From an uncultured Victivallales bacterium (GTDB lineage: Bacteria > Verrucomicrobiota > Kiritimatiellia > UBA8416 > CAYRKB01): 64,000 nt of DNA. The notes below the pieces were generated by a model, which saw only the letters and a program-made list of their open reading frames with translations, searched no databases and had not been told where the DNA came from. The DNA lies in contig CAYRKB010000003.1 in the NCBI GenBank assembly GCA_964424705.1, positions 1,956-65,955 of the forward strand. Reading direction: 5' to 3'. This document shows, in pieces, positions 9,397-19,498 of this stretch. Numbering within the stretch: the stretch's first letter is position 1; the number at the start of each line of letters is the position of its first letter. The translations under genes were made by a program, and so were the position numbers.

Positions 9397-11610
9397 ATGA
9401 AAACACAATCGAAGGCGCTTGCAGTGGGCGTTTTGGCTTGGATGCTTGGAATCGGGCTGGCCAGCGTGCAGGGCCAGACGCCGGGAGCGGAGGCCGGGGC
9501 CGTGCCGGCAGAGATCGTGAACGCGCCCGCGCCCGTCGCAGAGCCCGCAGTTGCCGTGGAAGCAGAGGGGGTTGCGCCGGCCGCAGAGGCGGCCGCGCCT
9601 GTCGTGGCGCCCGCAGCGGCCGCGGAAGCAACGGCGGCCGCGCCGAGCGCGGCCCCGGCACCTGCCGTGGAAGAATCCGCAGCGGCCCCGGTGCCGGCTG
9701 CGTCTGCGGCCGTCACGCCGGCAGATGCTACGCCCGTTGGCGAACCGATCGCCCTTCCGGCGGGGAAGATGGTGATTGAGGCCGCGGAAAAGAAGGAGCT
9801 GATCAATGTCTCCGTTGACAATGAGACGCTCGAAAACGTTGTGACCATGTTCACGCGCCTCACCGGGGCGAATATCGTGGCCACCTCCACCAACTTGCGC
9901 GGCTTGGTGACCGTGAACCTTAGAGATGTCGAATGGAAAGCCGCCCTCACTTCGATTCTCGATCTGCACGGCCTGGCCCTGGTCGAGAAGATGCCCGGCT
10001 CCGCCGTCTACAGCATTATGCCGAGGCCGGCGGCGGACAGCCAGCCGCAGGTGGTGGAGACGATCTTCCTCAAATATACCACGGCGACCGAGCTCAGCCC
10101 CGTGATCAAGTCGATGCTTTCTGCCGCCTCCTCGAATGCGGCGCCGGCCACGATCATAACGTTTGCCTCGCGCAACGCGATGGTGGTCAAGACAACCGAG
10201 CCGAACATGCGCGAGGTGAAGCGCATGGTAGACATGATGGACATCGCGAGCAAGCAGGTCTGCGTGGAGACAAAGTTCGTTGAGCTCAGCGAACGCGCCA
10301 GCAAGAAGCTCGGCATAAGATGGGATTCGCTGGACGAATTCGGAGTCAAACTGCAAGCCGGGCCTTTCACGCACAGTCGTGACACTGCGAAGAACACGGA
10401 TCGCTCAAATACAAGAACATCAAGCGACAATGCCCGGCAGGGGACGACGGACAACGCTTCGCAGAGCACGTTCGATACCTCTTCGCGGAACGTGCAGGGC
10501 GGTTCTACCAGGACAACGACGCAAAGAACACAAGACGGGGAGGAGTCCGCTCAGGATTATGATTCGGCCGACGTGCCGATGGACCGCACCATCACGACCG
10601 TGGACGCCAACGGAGTCGTGACGGTAACGACGCTTCCGACGCGGACCGTGACTTCCGGCGGTTCGACTCTTCAGAACAACGGAGAGAGTTTCTCCGACAT
10701 CAGCGGCGCGAGCGTCGGCCGCAACAGCACAACGGCCAAGAGCCAGAACAACTCGACCGACCGCGCACAGGGCTACACCACGACGGACATGGATGGTTTC
10801 ACGCGGAGCATTGTGGATTCCCAGGCTGCGATCATGGAAGTGGACAGCCTCAACCTGGTGCTCAGCGCGCTGAAGCAGACGGCTGGCGTGCAAGTCGTTT
10901 CCAACCCCAAGATCATCGTGACCAGCGGATCCACGAACGCCATGTTCAACGTGGGCAGCCGCGAGCCGATCATCAAGACCTCGGTAACTCGCGGAAATGC
11001 GGCCAGCGGGCAAGGCGACCTTTACTCCTCGGAGCTGGATACAGGCATTGATACCGAGTTTATACGAGGCGGCTATCTGGAGACGGGCATCAGCCTCAAG
11101 GTGGTGCCCGTGGTGAAGACGGACGATATGATTCAGGCGCAAATCTGGCCGCGGCTCAGCCGCACGGATGCCGCCAAGGCGAAGATGAGCGCGGACGGGG
11201 TAAATAGCTGGCCGTTCATCCAAGTCAAGGAAATCAAGACGGACTTTACACTGCGCAGCGGGCAGACGGTGGCGATTGGCGGATTGACGGATACGACGGA
11301 TTCGAAGGCCGTGACGAAGATTCCGCTGCTGGGCGATCTTCCCCTCATAGGGAAGTATCTGTTCAGCCATACCGAGGATGTGAAGTCGCAGGTCGAAACG
11401 ATCATCTTTGTGACTCTGTCGCGCGCGGAGCCGGAGGACCTGCGGGAGAAGGCTGGCATTCCGGATGACTCCGAACTCATTCACAAGCGGATGATCCAGC
11501 GCAAGATGCGGCAGGACGAGTTTGGGCAAGAGCTCAAGGCTTTTGAAACGGCCGCCGAGGCCGACCAGGCGCGCAAGGCTCGCTCAGGCATCACCAAGCC
11601 GCGAAAGTAG
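9397..11610 (+). CDS. pilQ: Secretin PilQ (type IV pilus / T2SS outer-membrane channel)
   Basis: Signal peptide present. The secretin core is recognisable: LNLVLSALKQTAGVQVVSNPKIIVTSGSTNAMFNVG, then TDFTLRSGQTVAIGGL and KIPLLGDLPLIGKYLF. There is an Ala/Pro-rich N-terminal linker and an S/T/N-rich insertion. Confidence 0.85.
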   Translation: MKTQSKALAVGVLAWMLGIGLASVQGQTPGAEAGAVPAEIVNAPAPVAEPAVAVEAEGVAPAAEAAAPVVAPAAAAEATAAAPSAAPAPAVEESAAAPVPAASAAVTPADATPVGEPIALPAGKMVIEAAEKKELINVSVDNETLENVVTMFTRLTGANIVATSTNLRGLVTVNLRDVEWKAALTSILDLHGLALVEKMPGSAVYSIMPRPAADSQPQVVETIFLKYTTATELSPVIKSMLSAASSNAAPATIITFASRNAMVVKTTEPNMREVKRMVDMMDIASKQVCVETKFVELSERASKKLGIRWDSLDEFGVKLQAGPFTHSRDTAKNTDRSNTRTSSDNARQGTTDNASQSTFDTSSRNVQGGSTRTTTQRTQDGEESAQDYDSADVPMDRTITTVDANGVVTVTTLPTRTVTSGGSTLQNNGESFSDISGASVGRNSTTAKSQNNSTDRAQGYTTTDMDGFTRSIVDSQAAIMEVDSLNLVLSALKQTAGVQVVSNPKIIVTSGSTNAMFNVGSREPIIKTSVTRGNAASGQGDLYSSELDTGIDTEFIRGGYLETGISLKVVPVVKTDDMIQAQIWPRLSRTDAAKAKMSADGVNSWPFIQVKEIKTDFTLRSGQTVAIGGLTDTTDSKAVTKIPLLGDLPLIGKYLFSHTEDVKSQVETIIFVTLSRAEPEDLREKAGIPDDSELIHKRMIQRKMRQDEFGQELKAFETAAEADQARKARSGITKPRK

Positions 11611-11613
11611 AGC

Positions 11614-13290
11614 ATGAAGGGATTCCTGCGCGAGACACACAAGTATGCCATACTGCTGATCGTCCTTCTTGCGATTGCTTCGATCGCTGTATGGCAGACC
11701 CTCTCGTATTTGCAGGAGCGGCTCGCCACCCCGGAATTCAGCATCGTAGGCTCCCTTGTCTGGATTTTGACGCTGGGGTTCATGCTGATCGCGGGCGCTT
11801 TCGGGCTTGTTGCGACGCGGTCCTCGGCGCAGAGGGAGGGCCGGCGCCGTGTCGGTCAGCTCGTGGATGCGATGGACTACATCCACGACGGGCTGATGGT
11901 GGTCGATCGCACGGGCCGTGTCACCGGGTCGAATCCAGCTATTCGCAAGATTACCTCTCTTCCCAATGACGAGCTGATGGAGCTCCAGCGCGCCTTCCCT
12001 TGCCTCTCGGAGAGCGACGTGGCGCAGCTGGTTCAAGCCCGCGAGCCCGTGGAAATTGAGCGGCCGCACGCCTGCCCGGGTCTGGCCTGCGTGCTGCGGT
12101 TCCGCGCTCAGCCTTCCGGGGACATGGTGCTGGTGCTTATCAGCGATGTCACCGCCCAGAACGCAAAACGACGTCAGAACCGCCAGGTGGCGCGTCTGCA
12201 GCTGATCGGGCAGATTGCGCGCGGCGTGGCGCATGACTTCAACAACATTCTGTGTGTCATTTCCGGCAACGCGTCGCTCCTGCAGCGGATGACGTCCGGC
12301 TCGCCCGCCGCAACGGCGTTCCTGGATGCGATTTCTCAGAGCGTGGAGCGCGGCTCGGCCATGGCCACGCATCTCGTCGAACTGGCGCGCGCTGTGACAG
12401 GGGCGTCGGACGGCACCGCAGAGCACGAATCCCTGCGAAGCGCAGTGGTCGCGCTGGAGAACAGCCTGCCGCCCGAATGGAGCGTGGAGTCGACGATCGA
12501 AAAGATGGACCCGGCTGCGCTCTCGGAGGTGCAGGTCGAACAAGTCGTTCTGAATATCGGGCTGCACGCGGCGGAAGGGCTCGCCGCTCCCGGCGTGTTG
12601 CACGTATATAGCGGGCCGCCTTCAAAAGCCCACAGCGCCCTGTCGGCGGGCGCCAAGCACTGTGGCGTTGTGCTCATATCCACCAGCTCCATCTCGCAGA
12701 TGTTGCAGTCCGGCGTGGTGCTTCAGCAGCGCGAGGTGAGCGAGTCGGGCGTGATTCTCTCCGTGGTCAGCACTCTGGTGGAAGAGGTGGGCGGCACGCT
12801 GGACCTGCTTACGGCGCCCGGCGGCATTCTGGTGTACCGGGTCTTGCTTCCGCGTGTGACGGAGAAAGCAGCGGCGCAGGGATCATCCGTCGATATTCCG
12901 AAGGAACAGTCGGCCCAGGTCGTGGGCTGGAAGATCCTGCATGCTCGCGCGCCGGGGCGCGCGAGCCGCGTCGACCCGCTGCTTGATCGCCTGAACCTTG
13001 AGATGAGGCGGGTGGAGAGCGTGGCGGACATGGTCGCCACGATCACCGGCCCTGTTGCGTTTCAAGTGCTGCTCATCGACAAGGCGCTGCTCGAAAGGGA
13101 AGGCCATGGCATCCTTTGCGCAGTCTTGCGCCTGGTGCCTGCGACCGGCGTCGTGGTCCTTGGCGAAGGCGGCAGCGCCATTCTCGGCGAACTCGCGAAG
13201 GATGTGCTTGCCGTGCAGAAGCCTTCGGACTTCAAGGCCCTCATGAATGCCATACTCGAGGCGCGCAGCCTGGCCCTGCAGCGGAAGTAG
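11614..13290 (+). CDS. Sensor histidine kinase (2 TM, HisKA H-box, HATPase, C-terminal receiver-like region)
   Basis: The H-box is IARGVAHDFNNILCVISGNASLL. Two N-terminal TM helices are present. The C-terminal ~120 aa resemble a receiver domain but lack an obvious phospho-acceptor Asp. Starts 4 nt after the pilQ stop. Confidence 0.7.
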   Translation: MKGFLRETHKYAILLIVLLAIASIAVWQTLSYLQERLATPEFSIVGSLVWILTLGFMLIAGAFGLVATRSSAQREGRRRVGQLVDAMDYIHDGLMVVDRTGRVTGSNPAIRKITSLPNDELMELQRAFPCLSESDVAQLVQAREPVEIERPHACPGLACVLRFRAQPSGDMVLVLISDVTAQNAKRRQNRQVARLQLIGQIARGVAHDFNNILCVISGNASLLQRMTSGSPAATAFLDAISQSVERGSAMATHLVELARAVTGASDGTAEHESLRSAVVALENSLPPEWSVESTIEKMDPAALSEVQVEQVVLNIGLHAAEGLAAPGVLHVYSGPPSKAHSALSAGAKHCGVVLISTSSISQMLQSGVVLQQREVSESGVILSVVSTLVEEVGGTLDLLTAPGGILVYRVLLPRVTEKAAAQGSSVDIPKEQSAQVVGWKILHARAPGRASRVDPLLDRLNLEMRRVESVADMVATITGPVAFQVLLIDKALLEREGHGILCAVLRLVPATGVVVLGEGGSAILGELAKDVLAVQKPSDFKALMNAILEARSLALQRK

Positions 13291-13381
13291 CGCACCCGCT
13301 TCGCCCGTCGCCGCGGTCTTCGTCCCGATCGTTGTTTCCGGGGATCAGGACCTGCAAAGAGGACCAACCCAGACCGGAATG

Positions 13382-14221
13382 TTACAGGAGAAACGCGTTG
13401 TCGATAAGCCGTGCGCGCCCGAATCGGACGGCAACGGCGACAAGACATTTGTGCGCGACCTGGGCGACGGGCTGCAGCGTATCCCACGCGACGATTTCCA
13501 CGTATTCCACCTCGCCGGGCCCCGCGGCTTCGATGACCGCGCGCACGGCGGCCTTGAGGAAGGCGGCTTCGCGTTGGCCTTCCTGGACGAGTTGCACGGC
13601 GGACCGGAGCGCCTGGCTGAGGCATGCGGCGCGCGCACGTTCATCCGGGGCCAGATACATGTTGCGTGAACTCATGGCCAGGCCATCCGGCTCGCGCAGC
13701 GTAGGCGCGACAACGATGTCCACGCCGTAGCTCAGGTCGCTGGCCATTTGTTCGATCAGCCGTACTTGCTGAGCGTCCTTCTGTCCGAATACTGCGACGT
13801 CCGGCCTCACAACGTTCAGCAGCTTGGCTACCACGGTCAGCACCCCGCGGAAGTGCCCGGGCCGTGCGGCGCCGCAAAGCCCGTTCGCCAGATTGTTCTC
13901 GTCGACGTACACACTGTGTCCGCCCTGGTACATCTCCTCCACGGATGGATGGAAGATGGCGTCTGCTCCGGCGCTGCGGCACATCTCTGCGTCCCGGTCA
14001 AAGTCCCTGGGGTACAGCGCGAAGTCCTCTTTGGGCCCGAACTGGAGGGGGTTGACAAATATGCTTACGACGAGGCGGTCCGCTTTCTCCCGCGCCAGCC
14101 GCATCAGGGAGAGGTGGCCGGCGTGCAGAGCCCCCATGGTGGGCACCAGCCCGATGCGAGCCGTTTGGCGGGCCTCCGCCGCCCACGCGCGCATGGAGTC
14201 AGCTGTTCGAAGGATGTGCAT
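13382..14221 (-). CDS. panC: Pantoate--beta-alanine ligase
   Basis: PTMGALHAGHLSLM (HIGH-type motif), with FVNPLQFG and GHFRGV motifs. 279 aa. Confidence 0.9.
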   Translation of the reverse strand: MHILRTADSMRAWAAEARQTARIGLVPTMGALHAGHLSLMRLAREKADRLVVSIFVNPLQFGPKEDFALYPRDFDRDAEMCRSAGADAIFHPSVEEMYQGGHSVYVDENNLANGLCGAARPGHFRGVLTVVAKLLNVVRPDVAVFGQKDAQQVRLIEQMASDLSYGVDIVVAPTLREPDGLAMSSRNMYLAPDERARAACLSQALRSAVQLVQEGQREAAFLKAAVRAVIEAAGPGEVEYVEIVAWDTLQPVAQVAHKCLVAVAVRFGRARLIDNAFLL

Positions 14222-14257
14222 GGAGTTGTCTTCCTCTCCGCGTTATTCAGCGCGCTG

Positions 14258-14749
14258 TTATGCCGCCGTGCGCTGCAGCCGTGACTTTACGGCATCGAGG
14301 AGCACGTCTATGCCAACGGGCTTGATCAGCAGGCCGTGGGCGCTGTTCTCCTGCACAAATCCCATGACGCTGTCCGGCGGAGCGAATCCGGTGCAGAATA
14401 CAACCGCCGGCGGCTCCCAGTTCTTTTCAGTGCAGAGCTTCATGATTTCCTGAAATGCAGCTTGCCCGTCCATGATGGGCATATGCAAGTCCATAAGCAG
14501 CACCGAGTGATGGTCCTTGCCAAAAGACTCAAGCGCCTCCGCGCCGTTGCAGGCCTGGTCCACAGTGCAGTCTGGAATGCTCGAGGAAATAATGAGCCGA
14601 AAGAGCCGCCGAATGGACGGCTCGTCATCAACCAGCAAAATGCGATTGGCTTCACACTGTTGGGCGGTCGCTGTCACGACTCTGCATCGCTCCCGTTCGC
14701 TACGCTGTGAATATCGATTCGCCTTACCTAAGCCGTATATATCGTACAA
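14258..14749 (-). CDS. Single-domain response regulator receiver protein (CheY-like)
   Basis: ILLVDDEPSIRRL ... LLMDLHMPIMDG ... LIKPV are receiver-domain motifs. The true start may be the internal GTG near 14680. Confidence 0.7.
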   Translation of the reverse strand: MYDIYGLGKANRYSQRSERERCRVVTATAQQCEANRILLVDDEPSIRRLFRLIISSSIPDCTVDQACNGAEALESFGKDHHSVLLMDLHMPIMDGQAAFQEIMKLCTEKNWEPPAVVFCTGFAPPDSVMGFVQENSAHGLLIKPVGIDVLLDAVKSRLQRTAA

Positions 14750-14816
14750 TATCGAAAGGAGGCGTCAAGCGCTGCGACAAAGAATATTCGTACCATTCGT
14801 ACCCATTCGTACTCGG

Positions 14817-15008
14817 GCGCATGTGAGTTCCGGGGAGTTGTCCGTTCAGGCGCGTTTCTTTATCTCCGCGACGAGGGCGTCGCGACTCCAGAAACAAGCC
14901 GGGAGCGACAACGGGCAACTCCGACTGGAGATGCGGCGACCCCGCCGCGTCCTCTCCGAGCTTCGCCGCATCTCCCCGGGGCGGCGATCCCCGGAACTCA
15001 CATGCGCC
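14817..15008 (+). mobile_element. MITE-like element copy 1 (~192 bp, 20-bp terminal inverted repeats GCGCATGTGAGTTCCGGGGA)
   Basis: Termini gcgcatgtgagttccgggga ... tccccggaactcacatgcgc. One of 4 near-identical copies; lies between the response-regulator gene and rnfA. Confidence 0.8.
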
Positions 15009-15096
15009 CGCCTCGCCTCGGGCGCCCTGAATGTACTTTACGTGGCAGATAGGTTGGGGTAGCGTCCATTTGATATTCTGGCGTGAAGGAGCGGGC

Positions 15097-15678
15097 ATGG
15101 CATCGTACCTTTTGCTGATCATCAGCGCCGTCCTGGTAAACAACTTCGTGCTGACGAGGTTTCTTGGAATCTGTCCGTTTCTGGGAGTGTCACGGGACCT
15201 GCCGACGGCGCTGGGCATGGGGGGCGCTGTGATTTTCGTTATCACCTGCGCGTCCGCCGTCACCTGGGCGGCGCAGGCCTATGTGCTGGTGCCGCTGCAC
15301 GCCGAGTACCTTCAAACGATCGCGTTCATCCTGCTGATCGCCACGTTCGTGCAGTTCGTCGAACTGGTCCTGCGCAAGAGCAGCCCGGGCTTGCAGAAGT
15401 CGCTCGGGATCTACCTTCCGCTCATTACCACGAATTGCGCGGTGCTTGGCGTGAGCGTGCTCAACATCCAGAAGCAGTACGCGTTTCTCAAGAGCGTAAC
15501 GTTCGGATTCGGGGCCGCGCTCGGGTTCAGCCTGGCGCTTGTGATCTTTACGGGGCTGCGCGAAAAGATGGACCGTGCGGACCCCCCCAAGGCATTCAAA
15601 GGCACCGCGCTGGCGCTGGTTACGGCGGGGCTGCTCAGCCTGGCCTTCATGGGATTCTCGGGACTCGTCAAGCAGTGA
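15097..15678 (+). CDS. rnfA: Rnf electron-transport complex subunit A
   Basis: Polytopic membrane protein with the NqrE/RnfA signature ([10 protein letters not shown]...; [15 protein letters not shown]). Start taken at MASYLLL. Confidence 0.85.
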   Translation: MASYLLLIISAVLVNNFVLTRFLGICPFLGVSRDLPTALGMGGAVIFVITCASAVTWAAQAYVLVPLHAEYLQTIAFILLIATFVQFVELVLRKSSPGLQKSLGIYLPLITTNCAVLGVSVLNIQKQYAFLKSVTFGFGAALGFSLALVIFTGLREKMDRADPPKAFKGTALALVTAGLLSLAFMGFSGLVKQ

Positions 15679-15697
15679 GGCGAAAGGCATCGGCTGC

Positions 15698-16510
15698 ATG
15701 GAGATGGCGGTTCAGGCGCTGATCATCGGCGGGCTCGGGCTTCTGGCGGGGGCCATTCTTGCCATTGCCTCGAAGTACCTGTCGGTTTACGAGGATCCCC
15801 GCATCGAGCAGCTCACAGCGCTCCTGCCGGGCCTTAATTGCGGAGCCTGCGGCTTTGCGGGCTGCGCGGGCTATGCCGGGGCGCTCGTTGCGCAGGGCGC
15901 ACAGGTGGACCGGTGCAGCCCCGGGGGGGGCGAGACGGGAAAGAAGCTCGCGGCGTTCCTGGGCGTGGAGGCGCGCATGCCGCAGCGCCAGGTCGCGCTG
16001 GTCCTGTGCGGCGGAAGCAGCGCCCTGGCGGGGCGCGCCTCGCGCTACAATGGCATCGCCGACTGCGCGAGCGCAGAGCTTGTGGCGGGCGGTGGAAAGG
16101 CCTGCCGCTACGGCTGCATGGGGCTCGGAACATGTGCGCGGGTCTGTCCGGCGGCGGCCATTGAGGTGGCTGACGGGCTGGCGGCGGTGCATCCCGACCT
16201 TTGCATTGGATGCAGGAAATGCGTCGATGCCTGCCCGCGGCGTTTGATCAAGCTTGTTCCGGAAGAGCGCTTCATCCACGTGCTTTGCAGCTCCCCGGAG
16301 CGTGGCGCGGACGTGAAGAAGGTCTGCGATGTGGGTTGCATCGGCTGCACGCTCTGCGCGAAAACCGTAAACAGCCTGGGCATCCAGATGAAAGGCGCGC
16401 TGGCGGTCGTGGACTACGGTGTCGCGCTGGACAACGAGGAAACGATCGCCAAGTGCCCCCAGCATACGATCGTCCGCCGTGACGGGCTGCGGAAGGAGGC
16501 GGCGGCGTGA
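15698..16510 (+). CDS. rnfB: Rnf complex subunit B (Fe-S)
   Basis: N-terminal TM helix. LPGLNCGACGFAGCAGYA, followed by multiple 4Fe-4S ferredoxin CxxCxxCxxxCP motifs. Confidence 0.85.
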   Translation: MEMAVQALIIGGLGLLAGAILAIASKYLSVYEDPRIEQLTALLPGLNCGACGFAGCAGYAGALVAQGAQVDRCSPGGGETGKKLAAFLGVEARMPQRQVALVLCGGSSALAGRASRYNGIADCASAELVAGGGKACRYGCMGLGTCARVCPAAAIEVADGLAAVHPDLCIGCRKCVDACPRRLIKLVPEERFIHVLCSSPERGADVKKVCDVGCIGCTLCAKTVNSLGIQMKGALAVVDYGVALDNEETIAKCPQHTIVRRDGLRKEAAA

Positions 16511-17874
16511 AGACTTTGCGCGCGCTGTTCCGGCCCCGCGGCGGGGTGCATCCGCGGTACTGGAAGGACCTGACGTCCGCCTCGCCGATTGAACGCCTGC
16601 CGCCCTCCGCGTCGGCGTTGTCTGTGTCGACCAGCCAGCATCTGGGAGCGCCCGCGAAGCCGCTCGTCAAGAAGGGGGATGCCGTGCTGCGGGGCCAGCC
16701 GATCGCGGAGCCCAGCGGGTTCGTGTCCGCATGGATCCATGCGCCCGCATCGGGAACGGTGAAGAATATTGCCAGCCGGCTCACCGCGAGCGGCGCGTGG
16801 GCGCCGGCCATCGAACTGGAGCCGGACGGCCAGAATCGCGCCTGCGAGCCGCTGCCCGCCATCGCGGACTGGGCGGCCGCCGGGCCTGCCACGCTCGTGG
16901 ACCGCGTGATGAAGGCCGGCATTGTCGGCATGGGCGGCGCGGGGTTCCCAACCCATGTAAAGCTCAGCCCCCCCCCTGGGAAGACGATTCATACGCTCAT
17001 CATCAACGGGGCGGAATGCGAGCCGTACCTGACCGCGGACCATCGTTTGATGGTTGAACAGGCCGCGGCGATCTGGCAGGGAGCTTTGATACTGCGCCGC
17101 ATTCTGGGCGCGGGCGCCCTGCGGTTTGCAGTCGAATCCAACAAGCCCGAAGCGATTGCCGCGCTGCAGAACGTCATGCGGGATCAGGAGGGGGATGTCG
17201 AGCTCGTGATTCTGAAGGCCCTGTATCCCCAGGGGGCGGAGAAGCAGCTGATCTATTCCGTCACGCGCGCGGAGGTGCCGTCGGGGGGATTGCCGATGGA
17301 TGTCGGGTGCCTTGTCGAGAATGTAGGCACGGCGGCGGCGGTGGCAAACGCCGTGCTGCGCGGGATTCCGCTGACCGAACGCGTCATCACGGTTACGGGG
17401 AGCGGGATTGCCCACCCACGGAACCTGCTGGTGCCAGTCGGCACGCCATTCCGCGATCTGATTAGCTTCTGCGGCGGAACGCGCGGGGATATCGGCAAGG
17501 TGATTTGCGGCGGGCCGATGATGGGCATCACCCAGAGTTCGGCGGACACGCCTATCACAAAGATCTCATCGGGGCTGCTCGTGCTGCCACGGTCCGAGGT
17601 CCGCAACTACATATCCATGCCCTGCATCAGCTGCGGCCGCTGCGTGGCGGCCTGTCCGGCGGGCCTTCTGCCTTGCACGCTGAGCGAGGCGATGGAAGCG
17701 GAGAAGCTCGAACTGGCCGAAGAGCTCAATGTAACGGACTGCATCGAATGCGGGTGCTGCGCCTACGAATGCCCCGCCCGCCGGCCGCTGGTGCAGCACA
17801 TGCGCCGGGGCAAGGCGGCGGCCCTGGCGCGGCGCCGGCAAAGCGCCGAGAAGAAGAAAGAGCAGGCCGCATGA
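16507..17874 (+). CDS. rnfC: Rnf complex subunit C
   Basis: GGAGFPTHVKL, then IINGAECEPYLTADHRLM, plus two C-terminal ferredoxin CxxCxxCxxxCP motifs. GTG start overlaps the rnfB stop. Confidence 0.85.
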   Translation: MKTLRALFRPRGGVHPRYWKDLTSASPIERLPPSASALSVSTSQHLGAPAKPLVKKGDAVLRGQPIAEPSGFVSAWIHAPASGTVKNIASRLTASGAWAPAIELEPDGQNRACEPLPAIADWAAAGPATLVDRVMKAGIVGMGGAGFPTHVKLSPPPGKTIHTLIINGAECEPYLTADHRLMVEQAAAIWQGALILRRILGAGALRFAVESNKPEAIAALQNVMRDQEGDVELVILKALYPQGAEKQLIYSVTRAEVPSGGLPMDVGCLVENVGTAAAVANAVLRGIPLTERVITVTGSGIAHPRNLLVPVGTPFRDLISFCGGTRGDIGKVICGGPMMGITQSSADTPITKISSGLLVLPRSEVRNYISMPCISCGRCVAACPAGLLPCTLSEAMEAEKLELAEELNVTDCIECGCCAYECPARRPLVQHMRRGKAAALARRRQSAEKKKEQAA

Positions 17875-18881
17875 GCACGCCCGCGGACCTGTGGATGACC
17901 AGCTCTTCGCCGCACGCGCACTCCGGCGATTCGGTGCAGGGCATCATGCGGGCCGTGCTCCTGGCCATGGCGCCCGCGCTGCTGGTGGCGGTGTGGCTGT
18001 TCGGATGGAACGCGATCCGGCTGACGCTGGTTTGTGTGGCGACGTGCGTTGCCTGCGAGTGGGCATGCAGGAAGTTGATGCGGCGCGAGGGCGGCATCGG
18101 CGACCTGAGCTCCGTTGTAACGGGAGTCCTGCTTGCTTTCAACCTGCCCCCCACGCTGCCCGCGTGGATGGCCGTGCTGGGCTCAGCCGTATCGATCATT
18201 GCGGCCAAGCAGCTGTACGGCGGCATTGGCTACAATCTGTTCAACCCGGCCCTGATCGGGCGGGCCTTTCTGCTGGTTTCTTTCCCGGTCGCCATGACCC
18301 TCTGGGCCGCGCCGCTCCAGGGATTCTTTCCGGGCCCCGACGCCGTGACCTCTGCCACGCCGCTGGGGGCGTGGAAGACGGCCTGGTCCGCCGGCAGCGC
18401 CCCCGCGGGATTTGCGGAGCAGTTCTGCGTACGGGACCTTCTGCTGGGCCTGCGCACAGGCTGCCTCGGCGAGACGTCGGTCGTTGCTCTTGCGCTGGGC
18501 GGCGCGTACCTCCTCTGGCGCCGCTGCATCAGCTGGCATACGCCGGCCGCCTATATCGGCAGCGTGCTGCTTGGCGCTGCCATGCTGTACAAGCTGGATC
18601 CGGCTCACAACCTCAGCCCGCTTTACCACCTCACGACAGGCGGGCTCTTCCTTGGAGCCTTCTTTATGGCCACCGACATGGTGACGACCCCCGTCACCCG
18701 CCCGGGCCTGCTGATCTTCGGCGGCGGATGCGGCGTCCTCACCCTCGTGATCCGGCGCTGGGGCGGATACCCGGAGGGCGTCAGCTTTGCGATTCTGATC
18801 ATGAATGCGCTTACGCCGCTGATCAACCGTGCGACGAGGCCGCGGGCGTTCGGGCACACGAAGCGGACGCCGAAACGATAG
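17871..18881 (+). CDS. rnfD: Rnf complex subunit D
   Basis: Polytopic membrane protein of the NqrB/RnfD family (the FMN-attachment region GLFLGAFFMATDMVTTP is present). Confidence 0.85.
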   Translation: MSTPADLWMTSSSPHAHSGDSVQGIMRAVLLAMAPALLVAVWLFGWNAIRLTLVCVATCVACEWACRKLMRREGGIGDLSSVVTGVLLAFNLPPTLPAWMAVLGSAVSIIAAKQLYGGIGYNLFNPALIGRAFLLVSFPVAMTLWAAPLQGFFPGPDAVTSATPLGAWKTAWSAGSAPAGFAEQFCVRDLLLGLRTGCLGETSVVALALGGAYLLWRRCISWHTPAAYIGSVLLGAAMLYKLDPAHNLSPLYHLTTGGLFLGAFFMATDMVTTPVTRPGLLIFGGGCGVLTLVIRRWGGYPEGVSFAILIMNALTPLINRATRPRAFGHTKRTPKR

Positions 18882-18908
18882 ACAGGGCCCGCGCGCAGCG
18901 GGAAAGAC

Positions 18909-19490
18909 ATGAAAGAGATTGTCAGGCTCGTTGGGGTGCTCACCCTTATCAGCGCCGTCGCAGGGGTGCTGCTCGCGTACACCGCCAAGGTGACCCGCGC
19001 GCCCATCGAGCAGGCCCGCCGGCAGGAGATGCTCGATGCGCTGGCGCAGGTTCTGCCCCCGTTCGATAATCAGCCCGACACGTGCCTCAAGGCGGAATCC
19101 GATGGAGGAGCGGACTGGCTGTTCTATGTCGCCCGCAAGGGGAGCCGGTTCGCGGGAACGGCGTTCGTCACGACCTCGACGAAGGGCTATGCCGGCCCGA
19201 TCACGATCATGGCAGGGCTGAATGCGGATGACACGGTGCGGAAGATACGGATTCTTTCCCACCAGGAAACCCCGGGCCTGGGCGCCAAGATCACACATGA
19301 GCTGTTTGTCGCCCAATTCGACGGCAAATCCATTCCGAATACCCGCTGGGCCGTCCGGAAGGACGGCGGCGAGATCGATGGCATCACGGGTGCGACCCTA
19401 TCCTCGCGGGCCGTGGCGGACGCCATCCGGCGCGGCTGTGACGTATACGCGAGGCACAAGGGCGAAATCTCCGAGACAGGCCGGCAATAG
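18909..19490 (+). CDS. rnfG: Rnf complex subunit G (FMN-binding)
   Basis: N-terminal TM anchor and FMN-binding domain (GYAGPITIMAGL...; TGATLSSRAV). Confidence 0.8.
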   Translation: MKEIVRLVGVLTLISAVAGVLLAYTAKVTRAPIEQARRQEMLDALAQVLPPFDNQPDTCLKAESDGGADWLFYVARKGSRFAGTAFVTTSTKGYAGPITIMAGLNADDTVRKIRILSHQETPGLGAKITHELFVAQFDGKSIPNTRWAVRKDGGEIDGITGATLSSRAVADAIRRGCDVYARHKGEISETGRQ

Positions 19491-19498
19491 GGGCGACT

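Noticed and set aside
9292-10374. 360-aa minus-strand ORF (and 9038-9950 relatives) inside pilQ
   Set aside because: It lies antisense to the Ala/Pro-rich region of the secretin gene. Low-complexity Arg/Gly translation.
14724-15263. ORFs translated across the MITE copies (for example 14724-15263 minus, 25043-25324 minus, 36675-37004 minus, 53407-53640 plus)
   Set aside because: The conserved 'protein' (…SGELSVQARFFISATRASRLQKQAGSDNGQLRLEMRRPRRVLSELRRISPGRRSPELTCA) is simply the repeat DNA read in one frame. Copies occur in both orientations and end at the TIRs.
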